From Tubulanus polymorphus (taxonomy: Eukaryota; Animalia; Nemertea): a DNA stretch of 64,000 bases. The stretch covers positions 9,610,001 to 9,674,000 of the forward strand of contig NC_134031.1 in NCBI RefSeq assembly GCF_964204645.1. Direction: 5' to 3'. This document shows positions 25,053 through 40,660 of the stretch, piece by piece. The notes beneath the pieces were generated by a model. That model ran no database searches and was not told where the DNA came from. It worked only from the letters and a program-made list of their open reading frames with translations. Made by a program: the position numbers and the translations under genes. Position 1 is the first letter of the stretch. The number at the start of each line of letters is the position of its first letter.

Positions 25053-28000
25053 ATATTATCATATTATATGTATCATATATGATTGTTAGTATAAACAACA
25101 ATTGTCTGGCAGGAAAATACAAGACAAGTCACTTATACTGCTGTCACTGTATCAAATATATTCATTATCTCTCTATATCACAATCAAGAGGCGAAGTTCT
25201 GTCGACGGCTGCTGCATAATGAAGATACGATTGACGGTCATTCCCATAATTGTTAAAAGGTCCGTACTACTGGAAAATCTTTCGCCCATAACACAATTTT
25301 TCGTGCATATTTGCATTCAATAACCAATACACAACCATTTGCATGTTTTGCCACCGTGGGCATCTTGTTAATAACGAGAGGAAGACAGGGGGTAGCTTTA
25401 AACGATGCCGAGGGCTCGGCATCTAGAATAAGAGGCACAAAATAGTCGAAAGCATCGTATATGAACAACCAGAGCTGTTTTTCATATAAATAGTATGATT
25501 TTTCTTTTATTCCTAATTTTGTAACAGACCATGGGTTCCTATTGAAGTAGTCAGAACTGTATCGGTATTTCTTGACGATACATTTTTTTTAAAGGCACTC
25601 GACAAATTTAAAGAATTGCACGCCCCATGCGACCCCTACTTAGAAGTTAAACTAGTTCATTATGTACGAGTTCTGTAATTATGAGCCAATTCTTAACTCA
25701 GAAGTGTGGAACTTTGCCAAGATTAACTTTACCCATTACAAGCCGCAGGTTTTTACTTAATCGAAGTGGTTCTAGCATGTACTATAATTGAATTTCGAAA
25801 GACTTGTCACTTTCAATTCCGGAAATAAACTTGTATCATTAATGTAATTAAAATCGGGTGAGAGGATTACTGCATAATCTGGCAACGTTTTCATGATTAC
25901 ATTTAATTTTAATCTCAAAATGTAAATATAGTACTGCTATGACCTTCTGTTCCCTGGACGCTGGTTCCAGGGAATACTAAAGATTTAGGTCTTGGTGTCT
26001 TCGACCTCAATTTCATTCGGCAGATCGTGGACCCATCTGATGACCACAGGTCGGGAATAAGTAGTCCTTCCGTGTTGCTGGCTAGTAGTGCTATATCAAC
26101 CTTGTTGTATGAATCTCCTCTATGGCAACGTGCCTTCTACATCGATTACTGTGCCCTATCCATTGTTGCCACTATGTATGATGTAGCGGCAACCGGTATC
26201 TTCCATGTGCTTGGATATAGGTTGCGCTGCCACTTTGATCCATGTGCTGGACGTTGTAACTATTCTGTTACCCATGAGTCCTGAAACTTTAGAAATAAAA
26301 ATCTGTTTTACCCTATAAGATTTCATGTTTAACCCCAACCGAAGCCACTTCATTGCACCATATATAAGTGAAAAGACAGATAACAAAAAAATTAATAGAT
26401 CACATACGTTGATAGATCATCTCGAATTAATCCATTGCTTTATCAATACAGCAGACATTGTTGTTTTTTATGTTTTAATCTCAATATTGACGAATTTGAA
26501 TTTACTTTTTGTTTTCGTATTCTATATTAAGTTATTACGTCAACATTAAATCAAAAAATCCCTTATTCAAATTAAACTAATTTGCACACGCCATTCTATA
26601 GCCACTTTAACATTATACGTTGTCTAGAACGGTCTAAATTTGCGGCCTTGTCATATCGCGGAACGACGGAATCGCGGAATTTTTTAAAAACACGGAATTT
26701 CTTCACTACGAATAGTAACCGGGTTTTCGCTCGGGGATACTCGGTGTCTGACAAGGCACCGGACCAATCGATACACTGAGTTAGCTTCGAATCACACTAT
26801 TAGCACGCAATTTTATCTGACATTATTCCATGATACCGTTCAGCTGCAGTCAGAATGTAGTCGGAAAAAGAGATCGGCACCAGGGCAAACATCGGTTATC
26901 GATGTTAATCGACTTTTTGCGATCTCAGTAGATTTGAGCACGGTCCTATCTATGAACATTCTAGGACATTGCCGTTATTTAAGAAATATAGATATGCAAT
27001 CCGGCATAAAAAGTACTAGGGAACTAGGCCTGAATTAAGTGAAACGGTATTTTCATTATCCTTAGAACTATTTTAACTGAACTTGGTACATCAGAAGCCC
27101 ATGCTGACTCACAAAAACTAGTGCATACGTTGAACACTAGGTGGCGCTTTGAAATAGTCATAGTTGAAAATGTCCTAGAATGTTCATAGATTACCGTGTC
27201 CAGATGCATGAAAACCGCAGTCACAAAAAAATTCTCAATAAATTACAGCCATTGACTCCTTCCTTAATTTATCATTAAGATATACATTTCCGAGTAAAGT
27301 AATTAAAGGCGACGTATTGCGGAACCAGTGGTAACTAGGCAGCGAATTAAACCATGCGTAGGTTTATAAACTCTTGTTTAGTCCATTCTAAATTTGGCGC
27401 GTTCCAGTTTAGACCGGTCTGACTAACGCGGCTTAAGTGTATATGCCATATCTCTCGGTAATATAACCATGTCATTTGACCCAGTGGCTCATTTTGTTTA
27501 AAGTTAATTAATTACCTTCCATCAACGTACAACATGGATGACAAATTCAATTAAAATGTGGGTAAACCCTGAGGCTTGTTGAGTATTGAATTGCAATCTT
27601 TCAATCAAGGAATCTTAAGCATTTCACCTAGTGGGACAATGTTTTTTCGGATATCATGTTTTGGGTTTCTTCAAGTCTGCGAATTTGGAGGCAAGATATA
27701 ATCCCCATTTCACCTACCCGAGCGTGATTTGTGTATTCGAAAACAGGTTCCTAACCGAAAAAAAAAATTCTTGCTCATGTCACGTAAATTTACCATTGAT
27801 TTTTGTGTTGTTTTTTTTTATATATAAAAACAAGAACAATATACCTACAAAGCAGAGATAATGGGTTTCTGCGCAGCTTTGCCATGCATAATCGAAATGG
27901 AGGGAATTATAGTTTATTGAAATTTCGCACTGTCAGGATTCGAACCTGATGTGAAACGATCATGAGAATAACCAGTTCCATGCTGGTACACAGGAACGCT

Positions 28001-30244
28001 TCTATTATTCCATCTCGACATAACGAATATTGGCATAATCAGCTAGAAATACATAACGCGTGAGTTTATCTTAGGGGTTTTGTATACAACCCTACCAGGT
28101 TTTGTTATCTTTAACTAAGTAGCACTACGTGTTTACTTGCCATCATAAAATAGCATTTTTCAGATGATTATACAGGTGTTCGTAGTTTTAATCAAGGCAT
28201 CTAACTAATTGTATCCGGCGCTCGTACACGACGGAGAGTCACAAAACGTGTCATAAGTGACAAAAATGACTTGGCTTTTGGCTATATTCTGATGACCTAA
28301 TTCATTCTTATATAATTGCATTATTGTTTAGCATGTTATGAATCGGATTGCTGAAGACTGGGGCATGATCATCAATAAATAATGTTAAAGCTGTGACCGA
28401 TGCACCTTAAGCTTAACGTCCGGGATTTTGGCTTATAGAGCCATCTTTGACGGACATAAGTGTTAGGTAAATACAGAAGGGAATGATATTTACAGCAATA
28501 TTTGAATAACGATGATAAGTTACGACATGGAATTCTTAAGTTGTACATAATATGCTATGATAGAGTTATGGATTTCATTGCCATTATGCAGTATTTTGAT
28601 AACAATTGCGATTGTTCAATATATCATCTACAATTTCACTTGATCGTATAGATAGGTAGGCCTAGTTCTGATCTTTTTTATCCGCAGAGAGCAATTGTGA
28701 TCATGTGATCATACAGTCATTTGTCCGTAAATTCCGCTACGGGCGGCTGGAGATTTTTAAATCTATAATGCGTTTACCAATGAGGCGGGCGCTTTAAATC
28801 TTTTGTTTGGTTAATTGCCGATTGACTTGGTATCAAATACCTCAACATGTGTAACGATGCGGCCATCGTGACTTGTACAAATTCATACAATAGCTAAATC
28901 TATCGTCCTGGTGCAAATCCACAAAATACATTGATATTTTTAGATATACTTTTTTTAAATACTACCAACTACCATATCATAAATTATTTTCACAGAAATT
29001 AATCCTCTTGAATATCATTAACTCCCCTAAATCATTTCACAAAACTTCTCTCAAAAATTGAATTACGTATATTGAATTTACGCATGAGATGCCAATCGAA
29101 ACTTTATTTCCTGCTTCAGATGATAATCAATGAATAAGTATCTAGTTGAGATGGCAAACATAAATAATTGTTTTCTTGAAAGTAGACAGATATACGTAAT
29201 CTTGACACCAGAAAGATAGATTTGTTGGCCCGAAGTCTGAAAGCTAAGGAACATTTTTGGAAAGGTAATAAACTGAATCCTAATAAGCTGTCTGGTGGAG
29301 AGTGGTAATATTGTAACCTACAGTAAAACACTGACAAAGATACTGATTCATTAAACCTTGGAGTAATCATGTCAAATGATTACTCCAAGATTAAACTATG
29401 CTGAATAACCACAGACGCTAATTTGCTGTTGGATGAATTTAGTTGCTAGTTTGTGATTGATTCTCATCATAGTACGGTGGAACTAAGAGCGTCTATCTTA
29501 ACATAATTGCCCGTAGGCTGGAATAACTCCAGCGTTACAACATGTATGAGTGTGGTTATATTGGTTTCTCCGAATATCGTTGATGGGATCTTTACGTGCT
29601 AGAAACAATACGTCTTTTGCGGCAATATCCCTTTCACACTGTGCGCGGAATTCAGAAATTCCTTTTAAGTTATTTTGGTGCAGAGATTTCAGTGAAAAGA
29701 CATCCATTCGTCAAAATGCTTCATTTAAATGGATTTTCAATGGAGGTTTTTCTGTTGATCTTCAATCAGTGTCGTGAGGCTTAATCTGTGATTTGTGTAA
29801 GAGTATTGGGACAATTGAAATTGAATCGATTGTACAAATTTTAAGATGTTGGTATTCATACACTTCCCATACTGAAAGGTATATTTAGTTCCTACCTGGT
29901 CAGCTTTCTATGCTTTCATTTGTCTCCGGTCATCATCAAGCATTCATACTGTCATGGACAACGATACGTGATACAACAAATACAATCCGATACAATCAGA
30001 TGAAATGACCAAAAGATTTTTTTTCATTTGTTTCATCCGTTCATCTTTGCATGATCGAAGAGCTTTAATTCATCGTGATATATATCGAAAGACATCAATT
30101 TTAGATCTGATGGAAGAATAGTTTCGATCTTACATTACGTCAAAAAACTATCGGTCTGCCCTACCATGAGATCATTTCAATAATAAAATAATAACCCATT
30201 AAAACTATTGTAGATGGTCCCGAGTTGGAAATAACAGTAATAAG

Positions 30245-30477
30245 CAGGGGCGGATCCAGGGGTATGTTGTGACCATGCCGACCAATTATTAGAGCATCTG
30301 AGCATCTCTGAGAGGCATTTAGTCAAGAAACATATGTTATATATTTAGGAAAATATCTATTGTGTATCTCAGGTGGTTACAACGGAAAATTGAGAAAAAA
30401 ATAAAGAGGCGCTTTAAAATTCCGACCGTGTCGGGTGACACGGTCGACACGGTCGACACGGTCTAAATCCGCCCCTG
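30245..30477. mobile_element. MITE with CAGGGGCGGAT TIRs
   Basis: CAGGGGCGGATCC ... AAATCCGCCCCTG; flanked by ATAAG on both sides. Confidence 0.7.
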
Positions 30478-32029
30478 ATAAGAAAAAAAGAAAAGACGGA
30501 CACAATAATGAATGGTTATCTTCTTACTTGAGCTAACTTCCTTGTTCACAATATGATTAGTGATATATACCTGAAACAGGCTTCGGTAATCATATCCTCA
30601 TATTTCATACTAGGGTAAAACGAAAAGTCCTATCAGCTTGGACGCATCAATACATATGACTGTAAACACATGGATGCGTTACGAACGTCACGATAATGGA
30701 TGAGGGGTAGATTGAATTGACTAAATTACCTGTAATGGCAATGATAGATCGTCCAAAGCTTGGAACTTGCAAATGAAAGTCTTTGCAAATCTTTTGCAAA
30801 TTTATAGCCTATATCATGTTTATAATCATATTTGAATCCAGCCAAAAAATCTGCTTTGATTTCCATATGCTTGACATCTCAAACATAACAGCACATTTTC
30901 AGATGTTTGCCTTACTTTCAGTGGACAGTGTAAACGAAATCTAATCAAGTCGCTTGCTACACTTTCCGGTACGAATGCAAGTGTGCAATAATACTTGTTC
31001 AAGAAGTCAACACTGTGTCTTGGTCTAAGTGAAAAATGGCCTCCAAGCAATAAGCGCGAAGGTGAAATGCCGGTTGTTGGCTCAGGCAATGACAACTGTT
31101 GATTTATTGTAATTGGACGTATATTTATAGATTGCACACTGAGGTACAGGGCATCCTTTCGATTTCAATCTTTGTTGTTGACATGTACCGCGATCATACG
31201 AGCGTTTTTGGCCCGACTAAAAACGTCGGACCAGGCCCGAGCTAATTTTAGCATTAGAAAAATGATTGCGTTTGAATTGCAACTGGAACCGGAAATGACC
31301 CACTTTGCTGTGTTTAAGCATTGTTTAGTATCGAGTGAATGGTTTGCGTGTGAACGCGATCTCGAATTGGACACGGGTCAAATTTGGCCCGGGCAAAATC
31401 ATCTCTGTGTGATCGCGGCTATAAACAGAAGTGACAACTCGTCCTCCTCACATTTTCTTATTTTGTTTTGAATATAAGATCTTTTTATTGATCTTGAAAT
31501 AGGGATTACCCCTGTTGTTTATTCGGTTGATGAATTTCGATTTTTTGATTGAGTGTCCCTTACAAACCAACCACACCTGCCGGGAGCGAAACTGGGGCTT
31601 TTGATATTGAAATCGGATATGGAAGTACAGATATAATTGTGTGATCGGCGGTCGATTTTGTAGAATTTTTTTTTCAAAATCGAAGAACATAATTGGGAAC
31701 GTAATGGTTAATAGAATTATGCACACAGCAAATCGAGGAATTTGGAATATTTCTATGATGATGATAGTTTTGATTGATTTGTTGCAGGGGTAATGTGACC
31801 TTGAAACTAACTTTGCCGAAGGATGTATCATTCCACTGGCTTCATATCGGCAACACATCCTTGACAATGATCTCGTTTTCATGTATTCAGTGCCACCTCA
31901 TGAAAAATCAAAAGTCGTATGACCTTGAAAATTCACACCAGGCATATCATTCCATGGGCAGCATATCCGCAATGTACCTGTTCATGTAACTGGAATGCGG
32001 CCACGCCACGTATGTCTCTCCCTTGTCAT

Positions 32030-32600
32030 GTAATTAGGGCTTCTGCTGCTTTCGCAGAAACCCTATTGTTGTTCGAATGATTATTATTATTATCATTTTC
32101 ATTATTCTAATTATCATCATTTTTATCATTAATATCACTATTTATGATTAATGATAAAAAATGCATCTATCAGATTCGACAACCAACGCTTTCTAAACGG
32201 AATGTTGAAATCGGATCGAAATATAACAGTCACTCGGAACTAGCAGATTCTATATATGTATATACTGTCCATCCTATTTCTTACCTGAAATTACTTACTG
32301 CAAGACTGTAAACACCGGCGGAAATCATTCAACTGCCACCAGGGGACTGAAATTACCGACTCTTCGTTATTCTCAAAGCTATTTTCCCTGAACTTGGTAC
32401 AGCAGTACTTAAATTTACGTTATAGTAGCATTTTATGGGTCCACATCCAGTATGTGATGACTCCTACGTGGCGCTCCTTAAAAAGCCGTACTTTATTATG
32501 AACTGATTTTGACGAAACCTTTGTACGCTTCCGAGTACGACATTTATACCAGCAAGGAAGACACCAGTTATCACTACTTTGCAGCTATATTTCATTTATC
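32030..32600 (+). mobile_element. Non-autonomous Helentron/DINE-like element (same family as 15930-16440)
   Basis: Hairpin agggcttctgc...gcagaaaccct + (ATT)n; 3' end actttgcagctatattt. Confidence 0.5.
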
Positions 32601-35600
32601 ATTCTTTGACACTGTAAGAATTATTAGTTGAATTCGAACACAGATAAACCTGTCTTTATTCTCACAACAAGTTTCATGGAAATCCATCAGATATGCAGGC
32701 TGTATCGTGCCAACGATACATTAAAGATGGGTACCCCGACGGTCACGTTTGATGGCTGATGACTTTCATTTTCGTTAGGGGTCGACAGCTAACCCGCCCC
32801 AATTCTTACACCAAGTTCCATGAAAATCCTTAAATAAAAAAGGAATTTCAAGATGGCTGCCGTAGTGCCCATGTTTAATGTTAAATAACCTCTATTTTCA
32901 AAAGTGGAGGACAATCTCACCGGTACCAATCCTCACATTGAGCTCCATGAAAATCGATAATTGTATGCTGTATCGTTGGAAAAAGAAATTCAAGATGGCT
33001 GCCTTTGCGGCCATATTTGAAGGCCGATTTACGTACTACATTCTGTGATGGGCCCACATCTCACCTGCCCAAACTCACTCACTAACTATAAGTATATATG
33101 AGTGAATCGGATCCGAGTGAATCAGAGGCGAGTGCATTTTAGGAGAATCATCAGTGTTTGTGTCGTACTGCATGTTTCATGCATCTAACCAATTGTCACA
33201 CAATGACACTTCTCAAATGTCTGGAGTCATATGTATTCGCCTCCTTACTTATGCATACTATTAGCCCCAGCAACTGATAGTTCTCTGGAGTGCAGATTAA
33301 CCAATGAAGCAGATACGTATCTAAAATCAGCAAAGGACATCAAATGGTAGAAAATATCTACTGAATAACCCACATTAATCAGCAACAGTGGGTTAATATA
33401 AGATCAACCATCGCGAAGAGCATTTTATTGCCAGATCTAGCGGCGGAATGGAAAATGAAAATTGATTTACCCAAATGCGACTGCATGTGACGTGATTGTG
33501 GATGGTGGTAGCTCCCTTCAAACCAAAGCTATAATTTCAAGTACGAAAAGAAGTTCATTGATTTCTAAATTAATTAGGTCCAGGTCAATTTTAAGTAGAA
33601 AGAAGTATTACTTACATTAGTGAACTTATATTGTCAAATTCATCCGAGTCGTACCCAGAATGTTTGGTCTTGATTAAATCTGTTAAGCAACCTTTCACAT
33701 TTAGTACCATTTAGTCATGGGCAACGCTGGTGTATACAATTGAGTTCGGGATTCGTTGGGGATATACGGAGGCGCGGTTCTGAGGCCAGGAACGAGGATG
33801 TTTTTTTGTTGCTCCCCACCAATACCCTAATACCGCGTAACTGAAAACCTAAACCCTATAAATATAAGACCTCGTAACAATTCTATTCCACGAGTTTCAC
33901 TCTGTCTACGAGATCCCAATTCATCATAGTTTCTATCAGTCGCAGAGATCCCAGTCGAATTTAAGACACGCGCTTTCGGCAGGCATGTTACTCTAATCGG
34001 TTTATAGCCTGACCACACATGGGGCGGTGCTTTCTACGACTAGAATCATATGTTACTGATACATGTACATGTACATTAAATTCAACGACTTTTAAACGAG
34101 CCATAGAATCTTTGGTGGACAAAGATGTACTGTATGAACCTAGCGACCCCAGTGACCTAAATTAAAAGTGTGAACCCCTAGCTAAATTCCTGGACGTATT
34201 GGACAAACATGGCTACCTTTTGAATTTTCAAAGCTAGAAATTGTACAATGAATCTCAATTATTTCAGCTGTTCGGGTTTAATTTAAAGGCACAATATAAC
34301 TAGATGATGTGATACGGCGATGTTAATAAATGATAATGCCAGTGAAGCCAGTCAGGAACTGTCCCGATTGAATGTACAGCGGTCAAAAACCTATGGATTT
34401 GTGTAGTTACGTAACTATTTGCAGTAAAGTACAGACGAAACATGAAGCCATCACAATTGAAAGATAATAATGATATAAAACTTAAGTTAAAATTATGGCC
34501 AGTTCTAAAATTATAGCAAAATTATATTATAATTTGTAGTTAGTGTGGAACGTTTGTTTTGGGAACAATGATGAGGGGTGGCAGGAATTCGTTCAATTCA
34601 AGTCATGATTAACCACAGAATGGCGTAACATTGAAATTGGCAATAAATGCCAAGTATCATACATATTTTTTTGGTACATATTCATAACTTATACGCTAAA
34701 AAGTGCCGATAAACAATTGCATGTTTGAGAGTTTCCGCCATATGTTTGCACTGCGCACGCTCCTCATTCTTAATGTAAACACAATCTACACGTGTGCACT
34801 ACGCTCGCTGTATCAGCGTTCGCAACCTACAAACCAAACAGCGTCAAATAGCCTACCGGAACCCGCCGCCCTGGGCACCCTTTCTACGATTCTACGTCTA
34901 TATGATTAAATCAATATCTGACAGCTTTTTCGCATTTTTTATTCGTGTATCTAGTGTTTCAACGTGGCTATCAGCATACCGGGGGACCCGTGATTAAGAT
35001 AGATCTTTTTGTACATATGAAAAATTTTGAAATATTGAAATTTTTCCACGTATTTGACATCTCCCTGGACGTATATTACTACAATAGCTATGATCGTTGT
35101 GATCTGCGTGCTGGCCAAAAATGCACACAGATCACGCTACACTACCCACTTCAACACAAGTACCCACAGCTTTGATATATCCATCCTTAGCTAGTGTGTT
35201 TCTTCCTGGGTTCGAACCTGTTATGCCGTATATAGAATGAGCCATTCCTTTTAACATGTACACTTTACATGCACTGATGATTGATTGGCGGCCTCACTAG
35301 AAACACCGGATGTGGGAAAGCGCACGGAGCCCAATCTAAGCCCACCTTTGAATATTTGATCTCAATTTGATCATTCGCATTTGAAATAACTAGATGGCCT
35401 TACCACTCCCAAATACAGTGAGCATATCAAAGGCCTCGCAGCGTTTAATAAAATCTGTAGTTCACAGTTGAATAATTCTACAACCGGCGGGTGAACTTTG
35501 TCTTTGACTCAAACATCATAAATAAATCAGGTGCTTCCATTCGTGCTTCACTTCAAAGTTCTAGGAAATTTGAGGAAACACATCTATATCAATTGTTGAT

Positions 35601-36329
35601 TTTGTGATGTCTTAGGGTGTAGCTACTAAAGGATGCAACATTCAAGACAAGCGAGGAGTTAAACCGATGTGTTCAACAACACACGATAGCAATCAGTGAC
35701 TCAGTGACAGGGTACTAATTACAGGAATGCCGGTGTGATGTCTCTGGGCTGGCTACAGTATAATTTAAGCGAACAATCCAACGAAATCAATACCAGGCAC
35801 CTTGTCAATATAATGACAGGTGAATTGATCCAAGTATATAATCTTGGCCTGTCTCTGTTATTAATATTTTCATTAAATGCCTGTCGATACACAGGGAGAT
35901 TAACCCGAAGAACCTCACATCATCGTTTCTATTGCCGAAATGTTGATTGAGAATTACTCTCTGATTCAAGTGAGTTAAATAAGTCTCTTGATCAATCTGT
36001 CAATACAGTGTAAAATGCAGTGGCGTTGGAAGAGCAGCGACTGCAGCGACAATAATTTACTTAATGACGTTTTTTTCTTTGAATACCATGTTTCTGAAAA
36101 AATTAAGTAAATTCGCCGCAGCAATATGTAGAACCTGTCCAAAATCGTCATTTAGCCGCAGCAATTGAAAATTGTTTCCAACACGCCATTTAATGGACAT
36201 GAAAACGATGGTATATTCAGAATGCACAGTTTCACTGGTCGTAGTATGGCCAATATGAAGTTGTTTTCAAAAGATTATTGTGAAATACCCCCACAATCGA
36301 TCCAGACTAAAGAAAATGTTCTACCACAC

Positions 36330-36700
36330 CCGATAGGTATATAAAAAACTTAGAAATTCCCTCCCAGTACATGAAGCGTGCAAACCTGATGAAATCTCGA
36401 ATAAGATGCTAAAACTGTCGACTGACAAAGTGTCACCTCTATTGTTGTTACTATTTAATAGTCTGATCGAAAAGAAACATTTTCCAAATGTATGGAACGT
36501 TGGATATGTTATTATCGACCAATCACCTTTTATCAAATACAGTGTCCAAACTTTTTATGAATGTGTCCTATATAATGCCATACATGATCATCTACTTTAA
36601 AAAAATTTGATTTATAATGAACAATCTGGGTTTTTATCAGGACATAGCATTTCTGATCAACTGCTAGCTATAGTATCCTTCATAAGTAATAAATGAACAT
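36330..36700 (+). pseudogene. Non-LTR retrotransposon RT remnant
   Basis: MLKLSTDKVSPLLLLLFNSLIEKKHFPNVW and downstream QSGFLSGHSISDQLL, typical of LINE RT N-terminal regions. Confidence 0.6.
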
Positions 36701-36834
36701 AATGATTTTCAATCAGTCTATTTAGACATTACGGCCGAACAAGCTACAACGAGGCTAGAGATAATAAAAAACACACTGTCACTCCTTGTCATTCATTATA
36801 TCAATTTTTGACGCCTTATTAAACGTTACCATAA

Positions 36835-36992
36835 GCCACGTTCACACTAGATTCGGCGCTTACGAAGTACCGTACTTCGCTGGTGCCAAATTGACGATTC
36901 TACGCGTGAACGTAACTGGCCGGGTAAGCGCCGTATTTTGGCACCAGCGAAGTACGGTACTTCGTAAGCGCCGAATCTAGTGTGAACGGGGC
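36835..36992. mobile_element. Palindromic MITE (PIF/Harbinger-like)
   Basis: ~60-bp near-perfect arms GCC.CGTTCACACTAGATTCGGCGCTTACGAAGTACCGTACTTCGCTGGTGCCAAA; TAA/TTA flanks; related pieces at 37095-37290. Confidence 0.8.
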
Positions 36993-38616
36993 TTATGTGT
37001 TTCTATATCCTTATACAATTGACATTAGCAGGATGAATGAATAAAGTTCAAGTTTAAAGTATTGTACTACGCGGATGTAAATACGCGGCTAGCTAAGCGC
37101 CGAATCTGCGTTCACGCTACAGAAAATACGCGGCCAGTTCCGTACTGAGCTCAGTTCCGTCTTGAGATCCGGTTTGCGGAAGTTTAATAAGCCGCGTATT
37201 TCAGTACGGAACTGAATAAGCCGCGAATCGGTCTCGTATAATTTCATAGTGTGAACGCTTAGTACCTTACTGAAATCCTAGTGTGAACGCAGCTGTTATA
37301 AAAACCAAAACAATGTTAACCATTCGGTGCCATATTATAAATCGCAACCGTAAATCGATGTGCAAAACGTCACAGGTCTATGTGTACACAAACAAGCTAT
37401 TTGGCAAAATATTATTGACAAAGAGTTCCTCTGAAGATAAGGTTTAGTTTGAACCTCGAAACTATAAGGAGATAAACTGTTTTTACGGATCTAACTGTGG
37501 GTTTTTATTCGTTAACTCTACACTGAGATTTACATCAGCTCGCTACAGTCATGTAGAATGTCTTCCTGTGATAATATGCTGAGCCCTATTTGAACGTCGA
37601 AATATTATATTGCATTGAATATCATGAGAAGACGTAGGCCTATTGTAATAGTAATGGATGTATCAATACATCAGAAGCGGCAGGCGTAAATAGAAATCAA
37701 AACTAAATCGGATTATTCGATCAAAATGGCGGATGTATACACGATGTGGCAGTCTGATATAAAAGTAAGACGTGGGGACGCTGATGGAATGACGGAGCTA
37801 TCTACGGTCTGTGTAGGGCCGGTGTGAAAACGGGCAACATAAAAATGCGTAAACATATTAATTTCAATATTCAAATGTTTTAGAAAATATGTTCGATATT
37901 AGGGGTATGCAGGTTTTATGAGAACGATCATCCCGATGAGCAATTTGTAATAGCATAGCTGTCGTATACGGCTCCGCGTCCTCTGATGGCATGTGTATCA
38001 CGTGACAATTCAATTCGATTCTTTGTTGATCATTGTGTTAAACATTACATATGCAATTCCCAAATTCAATTAAGTTACAAATTCCAAAAGAAGAAAATAC
38101 AATACACAAAACACATGCGTAATTCATACAGAATTACATAAAAAAGTTATTTCAAATCACCTCTACTTCAACCCAGACTTAATACGATATCAATTGACAG
38201 CCAAACAGGGACCGGCCGGCTGGCTAGGCCACACGTTCGCTCCAAAGTCATGATGAAGCAGACATCAGAAAAACTCTTTCCTCAACCATTAAGGCAATGA
38301 AGTTGCAGACCAGCTTAGAGCCAACAGTGAATGAAGTCGGTCGCAAATTATCAATTATTGACAATATCAATGAAAAAATTAAACCAATATTTATATTCGA
38401 ACCCTGTATCACCTACCCAATCACCAAATCTTATAATTCCCCAAAATTAAAATTTGCAATCCCATATTAACTTATCCTAAAAATCCTACATTTTTTCGCA
38501 TGCGTCAAATAATTTATCAAAATTTATTTTCTCGTTAAGGTTTTTAATACGATTGTTTTTTTGCAACATGATAATAATCGTGGATTATTGAATCTTCTGC
38601 ATATATGTACTTACAG

Positions 38617-38688
38617 TGGATTTGACCAAGCTAGTGTCATAACTGTCAGACGTGGAGATTTTTCGAAGTATAAACTTCTCTATAGTAT
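38617..38688 (+). CDS. Host LRR receptor internal exon (72 nt, one LRR)
   Basis: ttacAG | ... | GTAAGT; phase 2-2; translates (I)GFDQASVITVRRGDFSKYKLLYS(I). Confidence 0.8.
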
Positions 38689-39674
38689 GTAAGTATATCC
38701 GTAAGGTTATCACAATTTAAGTTCCCATTGGGAAGATTAACTGTATCCAGGAAAGGGTTCAAGGTTTCGAACCAAGATGAGCTAATTTGCCATAGAATTT
38801 TTATCTGGCTTTAGAAAGTGAAAAAAAATGTTTACGGCTTACTTTTGATCTACATAATTGCTCGAAAAACATAATCAACAATTCAAAATTCCAAACTTCC
38901 AACCCCCTCCCGCTCGACCGACTCGCATCTACGACGCTCGTGTTCCGATTTTGATGTTGAACTCCCTACCTATAATCCTGGCATCGCCCATCATGTATTT
39001 TCTCGATTTATTATACTTCATTTGTTGATAGGCAACATAATATTATCGATGATATATAAATAACTGCTCTTGAAATCATGCAAATCGGTGCATTTTAACA
39101 AGTGCCCCGGCGCACTATGGCTAGCCTGGCTTGATCAACTTCTTAAAGAATTATGCCAATTTGCAAATATACGTGCAATATTTGCTAACTTTTCTTAACC
39201 TACACAGATAGTGGTCTGGCAAGAAAGAACACTTCACATCCATTTTTTTTTGTCCTACGAATTATGCTGAAGAAAAAAAACTTAAAGGAATTTGATGTTG
39301 TTTTTGCTAAATAAGATTGAAGTGGATTTCGCAGATCCCCCGTTAATTTTTCTAATTCAAGAAAACGGTTTCTGAGACTCGGGCTGTGCCAACTGGAATA
39401 TAATAATCGTCTACGACTGGGATTTTAGAGTATCCGCATCCGCATCTGAGTTGACTTAATAAAATGAATAAATCTCAATGATTTGTTTATAAAGTTTTAT
39501 CCAAAAAACTTTTACATTTTTTCAAGTGATTGTGATTAACTATCATCCCCATTCAACCCGAAATAAAGATACGTAGATTTGGCAAATGTTCCGGAACTAT
39601 ATCGATCTCTCTGCGAACGCAGTCGAACATGCTTGTTCCCCTAGCGCTAAAAACTAAAACCTTCTCGCTTGTAG

Positions 39675-39749
39675 ATTATTCAAGAAAAATCGACACTTGC
39701 GAGTACTGGAATCACATAGCTTTCACGGAATAGATAACCTGAAACATTT
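39675..39749 (+). CDS. Host LRR receptor internal exon (75 nt, one LRR; glycoprotein-hormone-receptor/LGR-like)
   Basis: ttgtAG | ... | GTAAGT; phase 2-2; translates (I)LFKKNRHLRVLESHSFHGIDNLKH(L/F). Confidence 0.82.
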
Positions 39750-40162
39750 GTAAGTACAATGTATGGAAAACATGACAAAAGGTCAGATATAAGATGTATC
39801 ATTTTCTATCAGAAACAATTTACATGTGATTGAAAGATGAGGGCAACTAAGACTTTTTTATTTCATGTTACAAAGTAGATTACATGTATTGATCAATAGG
39901 ATTTCTTTTCGTAAATGTGATACACTTGCTTTTGTTTGTTTTTTTCTGCTATACGAATTGGCGCCATTCCGCGACCATTTCGCCACTGCGCGGGATCTAC
40001 GCGAATCAGCAGGAAGCAAAAATGGCCACACTCTGTATTTTGTCGATTTAGGAAATGCGTATGAATTTCAATTATTTCAGCTCTTAGGGTTTCAATGCAC
40101 GATATAACTATATGATGTGATATGGCGAAGTTAATAAATGACGTTATAGCCGTTAGAATTTA

Positions 40163-40660
40163 AACAAGAGCCCCAAGGGGCACTAAGGCCAGCCTGTCAG
40201 CTTTTCATTAAATGACAAATGATGATGCATTCTGTGGGTTAAATTTGTCAAAATACACTCCCAGCTCAGAGTCAATACCAAATAATTCACGCTATACAAT
40301 CGTAGAATACAAAAGTAGCACAGACAGCGAATGGATCTGGCAGGAACAAATACCTCAGATAAATGTTTTCCCTTGGTCTCATTGATTTCAATGCGGAATT
40401 TTCTGGAATTTGCTCAATAAAACGAAATTGAATTGGATTTGATGTTTTAATTTGTTCAAAAAAGTAAAATTGAATTGGATTTGATATTTTTTAGAGAATA
40501 AAATTTGATTGAATTTGTTGTTCGAGCACATGGCTAATTAGCATATCAAGGTCATCGATCCGATTTAAGAAAAAGCTATTTTTCCCGGACTTTGCACAAT
40601 GGTCAATGATATTTTCTGCAGTGCTGATAAAAATATTCCTCCCAAAAACCAAATCAACTA
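40163..40660 (+). mobile_element. Non-autonomous repeat (AACAAGAGCCCCAAGGGGCAC family)
   Basis: Shares its start and internal blocks with 52224-53330; weaker copy at ~39097. Confidence 0.65.

Noticed and set aside
27930-27950. tRNA gene (B-box GGTTCGAATCC on minus strand; similar at ~35205)
   Set aside because: No cloverleaf could be built; at most SINE-derived remnants.
30826-31137. Possible LTR integrase remnant (TTGISPSRLLLG)
   Set aside because: A single short motif with no supporting DDE context.
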